From assembly GCA_944384815.1 (NCBI GenBank), contig CALWUW010000027.1, forward strand, positions 243 to 64,242: a stretch of 64,000 nucleotides of DNA. The letters are read 5' to 3'. This DNA is from an uncultured Clostridia bacterium (GTDB lineage Bacteria; Bacillota; Clostridia; Oscillospirales; Acutalibacteraceae). This document shows positions 26,825-34,368 of the stretch, in pieces. Position 1 is the stretch's first letter, and every line of letters starts with the position of its first letter. The notes below the pieces were generated by a model, which was given only the letters and a program-made list of their open reading frames with translations, ran no database searches and was not told where the DNA came from. A program made the position numbers and the translations under genes.

Positions 26825-27385
26825 ATGGAAGACGGCAGAATCGTCCAGCTGTACTGGCAGCGCGAAGAACAGGCCATTGAGGAAACGGCCCGGAAATACC
26901 AGTCGTACTGTATGAAGATTTCCATGAATATTCTGGGAAGCCAGCTGGATAGCGAAGAGTGCGTAGCCGATACGTATCTGCAGGCATGGAACGCCATTCC
27001 CCCTAAGCGCCCGGCGTCTCTTTCAGCATTTCTGGGAAAAATTACCCGGAATCTGGCCATTAACCGATACCAGGCCCGGCACGCGGAAAAACGCAGGGGA
27101 AATGAATTTGCCCTTTCCCTGGAAGAGCTGGATGCCTGTGTCCCTGATGCCGGTGATATGCAGGAAAGATGGGAAGAAAAAGCGGTGAGCTGGTGTATCA
27201 ACGGATTTCTTCGAACCCAGTCCAAAGATGCCAGAGGAATTTTTATCTGCCGCTATTTTTATTGCGATTCCGTTTCCGAGATTGCCCAACGCTTTGGATA
27301 CAGTGAAAGCAAGGTGAAATCTCTGCTGTTCAGGACACGGAATAAACTGAAACTTTATTTGGAAAAGGAGGGAGTGCTGTTATGA
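26825..27385 (+). CDS. ECF-type sigma-70 family RNA polymerase sigma factor
   Basis: Region 2 (DSEECVADTYLQAWNAIP...) and region 4 (IFICRYFYCDSVSEIAQRFGYSESKVKSLLFRTRNKL) are present. A GGAAAGGAGAGG RBS precedes the start. Confidence 0.9.
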   Translation: MEDGRIVQLYWQREEQAIEETARKYQSYCMKISMNILGSQLDSEECVADTYLQAWNAIPPKRPASLSAFLGKITRNLAINRYQARHAEKRRGNEFALSLEELDACVPDAGDMQERWEEKAVSWCINGFLRTQSKDARGIFICRYFYCDSVSEIAQRFGYSESKVKSLLFRTRNKLKLYLEKEGVLL

Positions 27386-27990
27386 AGGCTGTGGAAGATA
27401 GAAAAGATATGCAAAATATGAAGGATGTAAAGCAGGAAAAATTGGCCCGGATTCTTACGGATCTGGATGAAGATCTGCTGGATGAAGCGGAATTCATGCG
27501 GCAGGAAAGCGCTCCCGGAAAGAAAAGGCTGCTTCGTCAGTGGGGTGCGGCGGCAGCGTGCCTGGCCATTCTTTTGGCAGGGCTTTGGGGGCTGCTCCCG
27601 GGGAAAACGCCGGAAATCACATTATGGGGAGAGGAGATCACGTCCTCCCCTGTGGAGATCCCGCTGAATGAAAAGATTTCTCCCGCACGGTTTTCGGATT
27701 CCAAAGAAGCGGTGCCGCTGGAGCTTTCTTTGGAAGTGCAGATGGAAGCGGGGACGGAATTGGAAGCTGCCCAAGGGGAAATAAAGGTTTTGGATACACA
27801 AAAGCGTCTTCTGGGAGAAGGAACCCGGTGGACAGCCACGGAGAAACAGGATGTGCAGGTTCTTTGGAGGCTTTCCTGGGAAGCGGAGAAGAAAGCTCCT
27901 TCTCTGGAAATTCGGAAAGCGGAGGAGACCGTTTGCCTCCTGGTAGAGTGGGACTCTGAAAAAGAAGTTTTTACCCTGCGAAGGGGATAA
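27382..27990 (+). CDS. Putative anti-sigma factor (single-pass membrane protein)
   Basis: Its start overlaps the sigma gene stop (ATGA). The TM segment is WGAAAACLAILLAGLWGLL. I do not recognise the ~120-aa ectodomain. Confidence 0.7.
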   Translation: MKAVEDRKDMQNMKDVKQEKLARILTDLDEDLLDEAEFMRQESAPGKKRLLRQWGAAAACLAILLAGLWGLLPGKTPEITLWGEEITSSPVEIPLNEKISPARFSDSKEAVPLELSLEVQMEAGTELEAAQGEIKVLDTQKRLLGEGTRWTATEKQDVQVLWRLSWEAEKKAPSLEIRKAEETVCLLVEWDSEKEVFTLRRG

Positions 27991-28072
27991 TTGCTGGTCC
28001 TTTAGGAAAAATATGGATGTTTCCATATATAAACACCAATACACAAACAAAAGAACATTGGAGGTTTTACCT

Positions 28073-28741
28073 ATGAATTGGATGAGAAAAATTGGAAGTT
28101 TTGGCCTTGCCGCTCTTTTGACCCTTTCTATGGCTGCCTGCCAGAATTCGGAAAGCACTTCTTCTGCTTCTTCCGCAGGTTCTCAGGCGTCTTCTGAAAG
28201 CACCGGATCCAGCCAGGCAGAAAGCCAGACCGAAAGCCAGGCTTCTTCCGGAAGCGAATCTGTGGAAGCGGAGACCGCTTTGGATTTCCTGAATGCAGTT
28301 TGGGACTCCTTTGCGGAAGAGGAGAAATTCCCTGCAGCGGGAGGAGATTCTTCTGAGGAAAACATGACCATGAACGCTCCGGGAAAATTCTCCGTTGAAG
28401 ACGCGGCCATTTTGGATTCCACCCTGGGATTCCCGGCAGATGCAGCGGATCAGATCGACGATGCGGCTTCCCTGACCCATATGATGAATGCCAACAATTT
28501 CACTTGCGGTGTTTTCCATGTTGCCGGTGAGGGCAGCGCGGAAGATGTGGCGGAAGCCTTGAAGGAAAACATCCTGAAGCGGCAGTGGATGTGCGGATTC
28601 CCGGAGGAACTGGTGATCGTAACAGTGGGAGACTATGTGGTTTCCACCTTCGGCACCAAGGACATTCTGGATACTTTCCAGGAAAAGCTCCAGGAAGTCT
28701 ATCCGTCCGCGGAAGTGTTCTGTGAGGAGGCCATTGCCTGA
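28073..28741 (+). CDS. Small secreted lipoprotein, DUF4358-like
   Basis: The lipobox is LTLSMAAC, followed by a Ser-rich linker. The C-terminal block FTCGVFHVAGEGSAEDVAEALKENILKRQWMCGFPEELVIV resembles the family that usually sits beside MBOAT/DHHW genes. This family call is from memory only. Confidence 0.6.
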   Translation: MNWMRKIGSFGLAALLTLSMAACQNSESTSSASSAGSQASSESTGSSQAESQTESQASSGSESVEAETALDFLNAVWDSFAEEEKFPAAGGDSSEENMTMNAPGKFSVEDAAILDSTLGFPADAADQIDDAASLTHMMNANNFTCGVFHVAGEGSAEDVAEALKENILKRQWMCGFPEELVIVTVGDYVVSTFGTKDILDTFQEKLQEVYPSAEVFCEEAIA

Positions 28742-28780
28742 TCCTCCGCTTCCCGGAAGGGCTTAAGACGTATTTCAGCA

Positions 28781-28815
28781 CCCGGCGGCGTGTAAAGCTC
28801 CGCCGGGTTTTTTAC
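28781..28815 (+). terminator. Terminator or attenuator hairpin between the lipoprotein and MBOAT genes
   Basis: The stem ACCCGGCGG/CCGCCGGGT plus TTTTT lies directly before the MBOAT RBS (AGGAGGA). Confidence 0.55.
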
Positions 28816-28828
28816 AGGAGGATGCAGA

Positions 28829-30229
28829 ATGGTTTTTTCCGGAATTCCCTTTCTCTATTATTTTCTGCCCTGTGCGCTGCTGGCCTATTTTTTAGCGCCG
28901 AAAAAGCTGAAAAACACCGTGCTTTTGCTGTTCAGCCTTTTGTTCTACGCTTGGGGTGAGCCCAGATATGTCCTTCTTATGGGGATCTCCATTGTTCAGG
29001 GATATGGGTTCGGCCTTTTGGTGGAACGGTACAAAGGCAAAAAGGGCGCTAAGGTGGCTTTGGGGCTTTCTGTTTTTTTCAGCCTTGGCATGTTGGGATA
29101 CTATAAGTACGCGGATTTCTTCATTTCCGCCGTAAACGGGGTGACAGGGCTCTCCATTCCCCTTTTGCGGATTGCGTTGCCCATCGGCATCAGTTTTTAT
29201 ACCTTCCAGATTTTAAGCTATGTGGTGGATGTGTACCGGGGGCAGGTTCGGGCCCAGCGAAACTTTATTGATCTGGCAGCGTACATTTCCATGTTCCCCC
29301 AGCTGATCGCAGGGCCCATTGTCCGTTACAGCGATATTGAGTCTTCTCTGAAACAGCGGCAGCACAGTCTGGCTTCCGCTTCCCAGGGAATCCGGCGTTT
29401 TCTTACAGGACTGGGCAAAAAAGTGCTCCTGGCCAATACCTTGGGAGAACTGTGCAGCCTTTTCCGGGAATCGGAGGCGCCTTCGGTTTTGTTTTTCTGG
29501 GTGTATGCTGTAGCCTATACCCTGCATATTTACTATGATTTTTCCGGTTACAGCGATATGGCCATTGGCTTAGGAAAACTGTTTGGTTTCCATTTTTCGG
29601 AGAATTTCCGGTATCCATTTATTTCCGGGAGCATTACGGAGTTCTGGAGACGGTGGCATATTTCTCTGGGCTCCTGGTTCCGGGATTATGTGTATATTCC
29701 CCTGGGAGGGAACCGGGTCTCCACAGGCAGATGGGTGTTTAACGCCCTGGTGGTATGGATGTTCACCGGCCTTTGGCACGGGGCGGCTTGGACTTTCGTG
29801 CTTTGGGGACTTCTGTTCGCCGTTTTGCTGGTTTTGGAAAAACTGGTTCTGGCACCTTTTTTGGAAAAGCACAAAGTGCTGGCCCGGGTCTACGTGCTGC
29901 CGGTGCTTTTGTTCAGCTTTGTGCTGTTTGACGCTTCCAACGCAGGAGAGGCTTTGTACCGGATAGGCGCCATGCTGGGGCTTCAGGGGCTTCCGGCGGT
30001 GAGCACGGAGGCTTTGTATTACCTGAAAAGCTACGCTTTGCTGCTGGGAATGGCAGCTTTGGGAGCGACCCCTCTTTTGCAGAAAGGCATCGCCCGCCTT
30101 CGGGAAAAGCCTTTGGGGGAAAAGCTTTTGAACGCAGGGGAACCGCTGTTTCTGCTGGCGCTTTTGCTGCTTTCCACCGCGTATCTGGTGGACGGTTCCT
30201 TTAATCCGTTTTTATATTTTCGTTTTTAA
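28829..30229 (+). CDS. MBOAT-family membrane O-acyltransferase (AlgI/DltB/PatA-like)
   Basis: The protein is multi-pass and carries WRRWHISLGSWFRDYVYIPLGGNR and LWHGAAW, which contain the conserved His residues. Confidence 0.9.
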   Translation: MVFSGIPFLYYFLPCALLAYFLAPKKLKNTVLLLFSLLFYAWGEPRYVLLMGISIVQGYGFGLLVERYKGKKGAKVALGLSVFFSLGMLGYYKYADFFISAVNGVTGLSIPLLRIALPIGISFYTFQILSYVVDVYRGQVRAQRNFIDLAAYISMFPQLIAGPIVRYSDIESSLKQRQHSLASASQGIRRFLTGLGKKVLLANTLGELCSLFRESEAPSVLFFWVYAVAYTLHIYYDFSGYSDMAIGLGKLFGFHFSENFRYPFISGSITEFWRRWHISLGSWFRDYVYIPLGGNRVSTGRWVFNALVVWMFTGLWHGAAWTFVLWGLLFAVLLVLEKLVLAPFLEKHKVLARVYVLPVLLFSFVLFDASNAGEALYRIGAMLGLQGLPAVSTEALYYLKSYALLLGMAALGATPLLQKGIARLREKPLGEKLLNAGEPLFLLALLLLSTAYLVDGSFNPFLYFRF

Positions 30230-30240
30230 GGAGGGAGAGT

Positions 30241-31341
30241 ATGTCCGCTTCCTTACGGGACAAAATCACAGTGCTTTTAACAGCAGTGTTTCTATTTGGC
30301 TTTTCGGTTTGGGCGTTCTGCAAACCGGCGGACGCCGTTTCCCAAAGCGAAAGAAGGCCTCTTTCTTCCTTTCCCGCTGTGGAGCAGGAAGCTGTTTTCA
30401 GCGGAAAATGGATGCAGGATTTTGAAGAATATACCCTGGATCAATTTCCCCTGCGGGATACCTTTCGGGGGCTGAAGGCGTTCTCCGTATTTTCTCTGTT
30501 CGGCCAAAAGGATAATAACCAGGTATACCTGGTGGGGAATCATGCTTCCCGGCTGGAGTTTCCTTTGGATGAGGAATCCCTGGAATATGCGGTGAGCCGG
30601 TTCCGCCGGGCGTATGAGCTTTGTTTTCAGGATACGGATGCCCGGGTGTTTTTCTCCATCATCCCGGACAAAAACTATTTCATGGCGGAAGCCAATGGCT
30701 ACCCTTCCCTGGACTATTCCCGGCTGTTTTCGTATATGAAAGAGAACACGGACTTTATGGAATACATTTCCATAGAAGATCTTTTGCAGCTTTCGGATTA
30801 TTATCAGACAGACGCCCACTGGCGGCAGGAAGAAATCGTGGATGTAGCCAACCGCCTGGGAGAAGCCATGGGGATCCCGGCTTTTTCGGAATACCAACTT
30901 CGTCGGCTGGAACGCCCTTTCTTTGGCGTGTACCATGGGCAGTCCGCCCTGCCGCTGCCGGGCGAGACGCTGTATTATCTGGATAGCCCGCTGCTGGAAC
31001 AGTGCCGGGTGTATGATTATGAATCCGATTCCTATTTGCCGGTATACAATATGGACAAGGCTCAGGGGCAGGACCCCTATGAGATGTTCCTTTCCGGTTC
31101 CCGCTCCTTGCTGGTGCTGGAAAACCCCAATGCCAAAACGGATCGGGAACTGGTGATCTTCCGGGATTCCTTCGGCAGCAGCCTGGCGCCTCTCCTGGCC
31201 CATGGCTATGCTTCCGTGACCTTGGTGGATATTCGGTATCTGCCGGTGGAACGGGTGAGCCAGCTGCTGGAGTTTAAAAATCCGGACGTGCTGTTCCTTT
31301 ACAGCACTTCTGTGCTGAATAACAGCGTCACCTTGAAATAA
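30241..31341 (+). CDS. DHHW-family protein (AlgJ/AlgX/PatB-like extracytoplasmic acyl-transfer partner)
   Basis: It has an N-terminal TM anchor, YYQTDAHW (a DHHW-motif variant) and FRDSFGSSL. Confidence 0.8.
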   Translation: MSASLRDKITVLLTAVFLFGFSVWAFCKPADAVSQSERRPLSSFPAVEQEAVFSGKWMQDFEEYTLDQFPLRDTFRGLKAFSVFSLFGQKDNNQVYLVGNHASRLEFPLDEESLEYAVSRFRRAYELCFQDTDARVFFSIIPDKNYFMAEANGYPSLDYSRLFSYMKENTDFMEYISIEDLLQLSDYYQTDAHWRQEEIVDVANRLGEAMGIPAFSEYQLRRLERPFFGVYHGQSALPLPGETLYYLDSPLLEQCRVYDYESDSYLPVYNMDKAQGQDPYEMFLSGSRSLLVLENPNAKTDRELVIFRDSFGSSLAPLLAHGYASVTLVDIRYLPVERVSQLLEFKNPDVLFLYSTSVLNNSVTLK

Positions 31342-31346
31342 AATCA

Positions 31347-31430
31347 TAAACAGTAAACCGTAAACAGTAAACAGAAAGCAGGAACAAGAGGCAGGAAACC
31401 GGAAACAGGAAACCGAAGATCGGAAACCGG
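31347..31430. repeat. Drifting tandem heptamer array (12 units in perfect register)
   Basis: The sequence reads TAAACAG TAAACCG TAAACAG TAAACAG AAAGCAG GAACAAG AGGCAGG AAACCGG AAACAGG AAACCGA AGATCGG AAACCGG. Confidence 0.9.
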
Positions 31431-31448
31431 CTGCTTCTTCTGAAAATC

Positions 31449-31483
31449 AATGCCCCGCCTGGAAACAGGCGGGGCATTTTTGT
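31449..31483. terminator. Intrinsic terminator between convergent operons
   Basis: The stem AATGCCCCGCC/GGCGGGGCATT is followed by TTTTG. Confidence 0.8.
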
Positions 31484-31505
31484 GTTTAAGAAGCTTTTAA
31501 AAAGC

Positions 31506-32561
31506 TTAGGAAAAATAGGATTCCGGATCCCGGAAGGCGTTTCCTTCCAGAACGGCGAAACCTGCCGGCGATTCTCCGCAGCTTCCCACAGGTTCCCCTT
31601 GGGACACCCTGTCCCCTTCCTGGAGGGTAACGCTTTCCAGGGAATAAAACAGCGAATATTGTCCGTTTCCGTGAGAAAGGATCAGCTGTGTGCCTCGGCC
31701 GTTTCGATACAGCACGGTTCCGTCTTTGGGGGCAAGAGCCTGGGTGCCGTTTTCCACTTGATAGACGGTTCCGGTGGAAAGCAGACCGTTTTCTTCCGGC
31801 TGGCCAAAGGAAAGCAGAACCTCCCCTGGGGAAGAAAAGGGAAAGGAGAAGGTTTCCTGGGCCAAAGGTTCCCCGAAGAAAAGGGAAAGCCCGTGGGGAG
31901 CATACCCGGAAAGAAGGATCTGGCATTGCATCCGTGTTTGTTCCGAATCCATGGAAGCTTCCGGAGAGAGTGACAGCAGCTCCCCTTCCCGGAAGGAGAA
32001 CAAGGAGAATCCAGGAGAAAACATGGATTGGATCAGCTGCTGGGTTTCCGTTATAAGCGTTTGGGAAGCGGATTCCGGGAAAACAAGGGAAAGCTGTTCC
32101 TGCTCATAGGAAGTGGCAAAGAAAAAGAGCATTTGGTCGTAAGAAAAATAGGGCAGGTTTTCTTTAAAGGAAGTGAAAAGATTCCCGGAAGCATTCCAGG
32201 CGGCATACTGGGTGGCGCCCTCCGTTTCTCCGGGAAATACGCCCAATATCAGCAGAGAATTGGGATTTTCCGGGGGAAGGGGATCCCTTGCCTCTTCGGA
32301 GGAAACGGAGGAAAAAGGAGAAGAAGAGGAAGAGGAGGGGAGGGGTTGGGAACTGGCGGAAGAGGCAGGGTGAAGCTCCTGCTGCACCAGCGGGAAAATT
32401 TGCACAAAGAAAAAGGCGATACAGCCAAAAACAATGGCGGCGGCCAAAGCAGGCAGGGGGGAACGTTTTTTGCCTGCGGAAGCGGAGAGATTGTGCAGCA
32501 GCCGCTCCTTCATGGCTTCGTCGGCCTGCAGACGGTCCATTCCTTTTCGGTATCGGTTCAT
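31506..32561 (-). CDS. Anti-sigma factor with a C-terminal degenerate LytM/M23-like domain
   Basis: It overlaps the sigma gene by 4 nt. The TM segment is LPALAAAIVFGCIAFFFVQIF, followed by a Ser/Pro linker. The C-terminus LILSHGNGQYSLFYSLESVTLQEGDRVSQGEPVGSCG...GFAVLEGNAFRDP follows the M23 pattern, but the YaHL and HxH histidines appear to be replaced. Confidence 0.7.
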   Translation of the reverse strand: MNRYRKGMDRLQADEAMKERLLHNLSASAGKKRSPLPALAAAIVFGCIAFFFVQIFPLVQQELHPASSASSQPLPSSSSSSPFSSVSSEEARDPLPPENPNSLLILGVFPGETEGATQYAAWNASGNLFTSFKENLPYFSYDQMLFFFATSYEQEQLSLVFPESASQTLITETQQLIQSMFSPGFSLFSFREGELLSLSPEASMDSEQTRMQCQILLSGYAPHGLSLFFGEPLAQETFSFPFSSPGEVLLSFGQPEENGLLSTGTVYQVENGTQALAPKDGTVLYRNGRGTQLILSHGNGQYSLFYSLESVTLQEGDRVSQGEPVGSCGESPAGFAVLEGNAFRDPESYFS

Positions 32562-33034
32562 ACCAGCAGATCCTCTCCTTTCAGCAGCAGTGCCAGGCGT
32601 TTTCGGGCTCGGCTGAGCCGAGTGGTGACCGTGGAAACCGGGTATTGCAGAAGTTGAGAGATTTCATTTACGGAATATCCTTCATAATAATGTAAATGAA
32701 TGACAGAACGATAGCTCTGGGGAAGCTTTAAAACCGCTTCCAAAAGAAGGCGTTCCTCTGCTTCCAAAGCGGGGATTTCCACGGAAAGATCCGTCCGCCT
32801 GCGAAACCAGCAGGAAGTCAGGTGATTTTTGCAGAGATTGATGATGACACGAAGAAGCCAGGCTTTTTCGTGAGTAGGGGAAGCAAACTCCGGGGCTTTT
32901 CTTAAATACCGAAGCAGGGTTTCCTGCACGGCGTCTTCCGCGTCATCCCGGTTTTTCAGCAAAGCGAAAGCTGTGCGAAACAGGGTGGAGGCATACGTGT
33001 CTATAATGTGCTGAATTTCTGTTTCCTGTTTCAC
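32558..33034 (-). CDS. ECF-family RNA polymerase sigma-70 factor
   Basis: DAEDAVQETLLRYL...KAWLLRVIINLCKNHL is region 2 and YRSVIHLHYYEGYSVNEISQLLQYPVSTVTTRLSRARKRL is region 4. I prefer the GTG at 33034 after GGGGGAGGG. The track start at 33079 would overlap the likely -10 element. Confidence 0.85.
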   Translation of the reverse strand: MKQETEIQHIIDTYASTLFRTAFALLKNRDDAEDAVQETLLRYLRKAPEFASPTHEKAWLLRVIINLCKNHLTSCWFRRRTDLSVEIPALEAEERLLLEAVLKLPQSYRSVIHLHYYEGYSVNEISQLLQYPVSTVTTRLSRARKRLALLLKGEDLLV

Positions 33035-33142
33035 CGTTTTCCCTCCCCCTTTACGCTGCATACAGTATACCGTAAACAAGGGCGTTTTGTCTCACTTTTC
33101 CATTCCCTAAAAAAATTTTTTTAAAAAATTTTGCCGGTTCCC

Positions 33143-33171
33143 TTGAAACAGTCGAACATATGTTCTAAAAT
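33143..33171 (+). promoter_or_regulatory. Sigma-A promoter TTGAAA-17-TAAAAT with an embedded LexA (Cheo) box CGAACATATGTTCT at 33153-33166
   Basis: The box matches the Bacillus-type consensus CGAAC-N4-GTTCG at 13 of 14 positions and fills the promoter spacer. Confidence 0.7.
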
Positions 33172-33255
33172 AAAAGTACATTCGGTGCAAAAATCGGAAA
33201 AATGGGGTTCCGGAAAATCAACGGCGGCCCTGTGAAAAGAAAGGGGAGCGCAGGT

Positions 33256-33468
33256 ATGGAATATATGGGATGGGGAAAAGAATATTTACAGCAGGCGGAT
33301 CGCCTGCAGAAACGGATCGGGCAGCTTCGGGAAAAAGCCCGCACGGTTTCTTCCCGGGAAGAGGCGGACGAGCTGGCCCGGCGGGCAGCGCTGCTGTATG
33401 ATATGTATTTGGACTGCCTTCACGCCGGGCGCCTTCTTCAAAAGCGAGGAAGGAGGAATGCGGCGTGA
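33256..33468 (+). CDS. Small (70 aa) predicted helical protein of unknown function
   Basis: An AAGGGGAG RBS is present. The sequence MEYMGWGKEYLQQADRLQKRIGQLREKARTV... looks coiled-coil-like. Its stop overlaps the next start (GTGA). Confidence 0.6.
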   Translation: MEYMGWGKEYLQQADRLQKRIGQLREKARTVSSREEADELARRAALLYDMYLDCLHAGRLLQKRGRRNAA

Positions 33469-33785
33469 GGCACAAGCTTCTGAGCCTGGAGCGCATGGGG
33501 GACCGGGCCATTCCTTCTTTTCAGGAAGAAACCTTTGGAAAATGGGGAAGAGAAGAAGAGGAAAGCTTTTCCCAAAAAAGGCGGCGCATGGCGGCTTTGC
33601 TTCAGGAGGGCATTCAAAAAGAGCTGACCCAGCGGCAAAAGGACTGTTTCCGGAAATACTATTTCCAGAAGCAGTCCCAGGAAGAGATCGCCCGGGAACT
33701 GGGGATCACCGTGCCTACGGTTTCCCGGCATTTAAAAAAAGCCCGGAGTCGTTTGCAGCAAATCGCCCGATATGGGGATTTTTAG
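33465..33785 (+). CDS. Sigma-70 region-4-only HTH DNA-binding protein
   Basis: LTQRQKDCFRKYYFQKQSQEEIARELGITVPTVSRHLKKARSRL is a region-4 HTH and no region 2 is present. The start is a GTG after GGAGGA. Confidence 0.65.
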   Translation: MRHKLLSLERMGDRAIPSFQEETFGKWGREEEESFSQKRRRMAALLQEGIQKELTQRQKDCFRKYYFQKQSQEEIARELGITVPTVSRHLKKARSRLQQIARYGDF

Positions 33786-33878
33786 GAGAAGGTTCACGGA
33801 GAAATGCCCTTCTTCCTGCAAAGAATGCTTTCTTATGAAAAATAAGGAGAAAAATTTCAGGGAAACTGTCCCTTTGCC

Positions 33879-33907
33879 TTGCTTTTTTCGGAAATCCTTC
33901 CTATACT
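33879..33907 (+). promoter_or_regulatory. Sigma-A-type promoter TTGCTT-17-TATACT upstream of ybjQ
   Basis: Read directly from the sequence. Confidence 0.5.
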
Positions 33908-33945
33908 GAGGGCAGAAGATTTTTAAAAAACAGGGAGGATGGGCC

Positions 33946-34200
33946 ATGTATATCTTTAATACGGAAAACATGGGGCGGCCGTATACGGCGATCTCTTTGG
34001 TCAGCGGGTTTGCCTCCATGAGCAATTCCTTTGGTTCCAACGACGCCATGTTTGCGGAGTGCAAAAATCAGGCGCTGAACAGTCTTTGCGGGGAAGCGGC
34101 TCGGTACGGGGCGGATGCGGTGGTCAACGTACGTTTCCAGGTGGTGCTGACCAACCGGCTTCTGGTGTTTGTATACGGGACGGCGGTGAAGCTGAACTAA
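33946..34200 (+). CDS. ybjQ: YbjQ/UPF0145-family protein
   Basis: It is 84 aa, with ...CGEAARYGADAVVNVRF...VFVYGTAVKL, typical of the family. A GGGAGGA RBS is present. Confidence 0.75.
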   Translation: MYIFNTENMGRPYTAISLVSGFASMSNSFGSNDAMFAECKNQALNSLCGEAARYGADAVVNVRFQVVLTNRLLVFVYGTAVKLN

Positions 34201-34227
34201 CGCCTTTGGGAAGGAGGGATCAATCCT

Positions 34228-34356
34228 GTGAAAAAACCGAAATCAGGCTCGGAAAAGCAGGGATGGATCTCCAGCCGGGCGGTGAAAGCGGAGCCGGTTT
34301 GGGCGTTTTTATCCGCCGGACTGCATTTATGGCTGGGCATCTGGGCGCTGGTATGA
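34228..34356 (+). other. In-frame upstream segment of the following membrane-protein gene, ending in a single TGA
   Basis: The RBS AAGGAGGG (34211-34218) is followed by a GTG at 34228. The 42 codons VKKPKSGSEKQGWISSRAVKAEPVWAFLSAGLHLWLGIWALV end in the TGA at 34354, in the same frame as the 34369 ORF. Confidence 0.6.
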
Positions 34357-34368
34357 CCCCAAAATCTT

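Noticed and set aside
25014-26987. A 657-codon minus-strand ORF opposite the FucI-like gene and the start of the sigma gene.
   Set aside because: It is antisense to a well-supported isomerase gene and runs through a terminator and a promoter region. It has no RBS or recognisable motifs.
34354-34356. Genome-wide UGA reassignment (to Trp or Gly), or selenocysteine, at the in-frame TGA.
   Set aside because: Several well-supported genes in the window end with TGA at the expected protein length (for example 12783-12785, 3579-3581 and 60431-60433), which argues against reassignment. A DUF308-like membrane protein has no precedent as a selenoprotein. I keep only local readthrough or a pseudogene as hypotheses.
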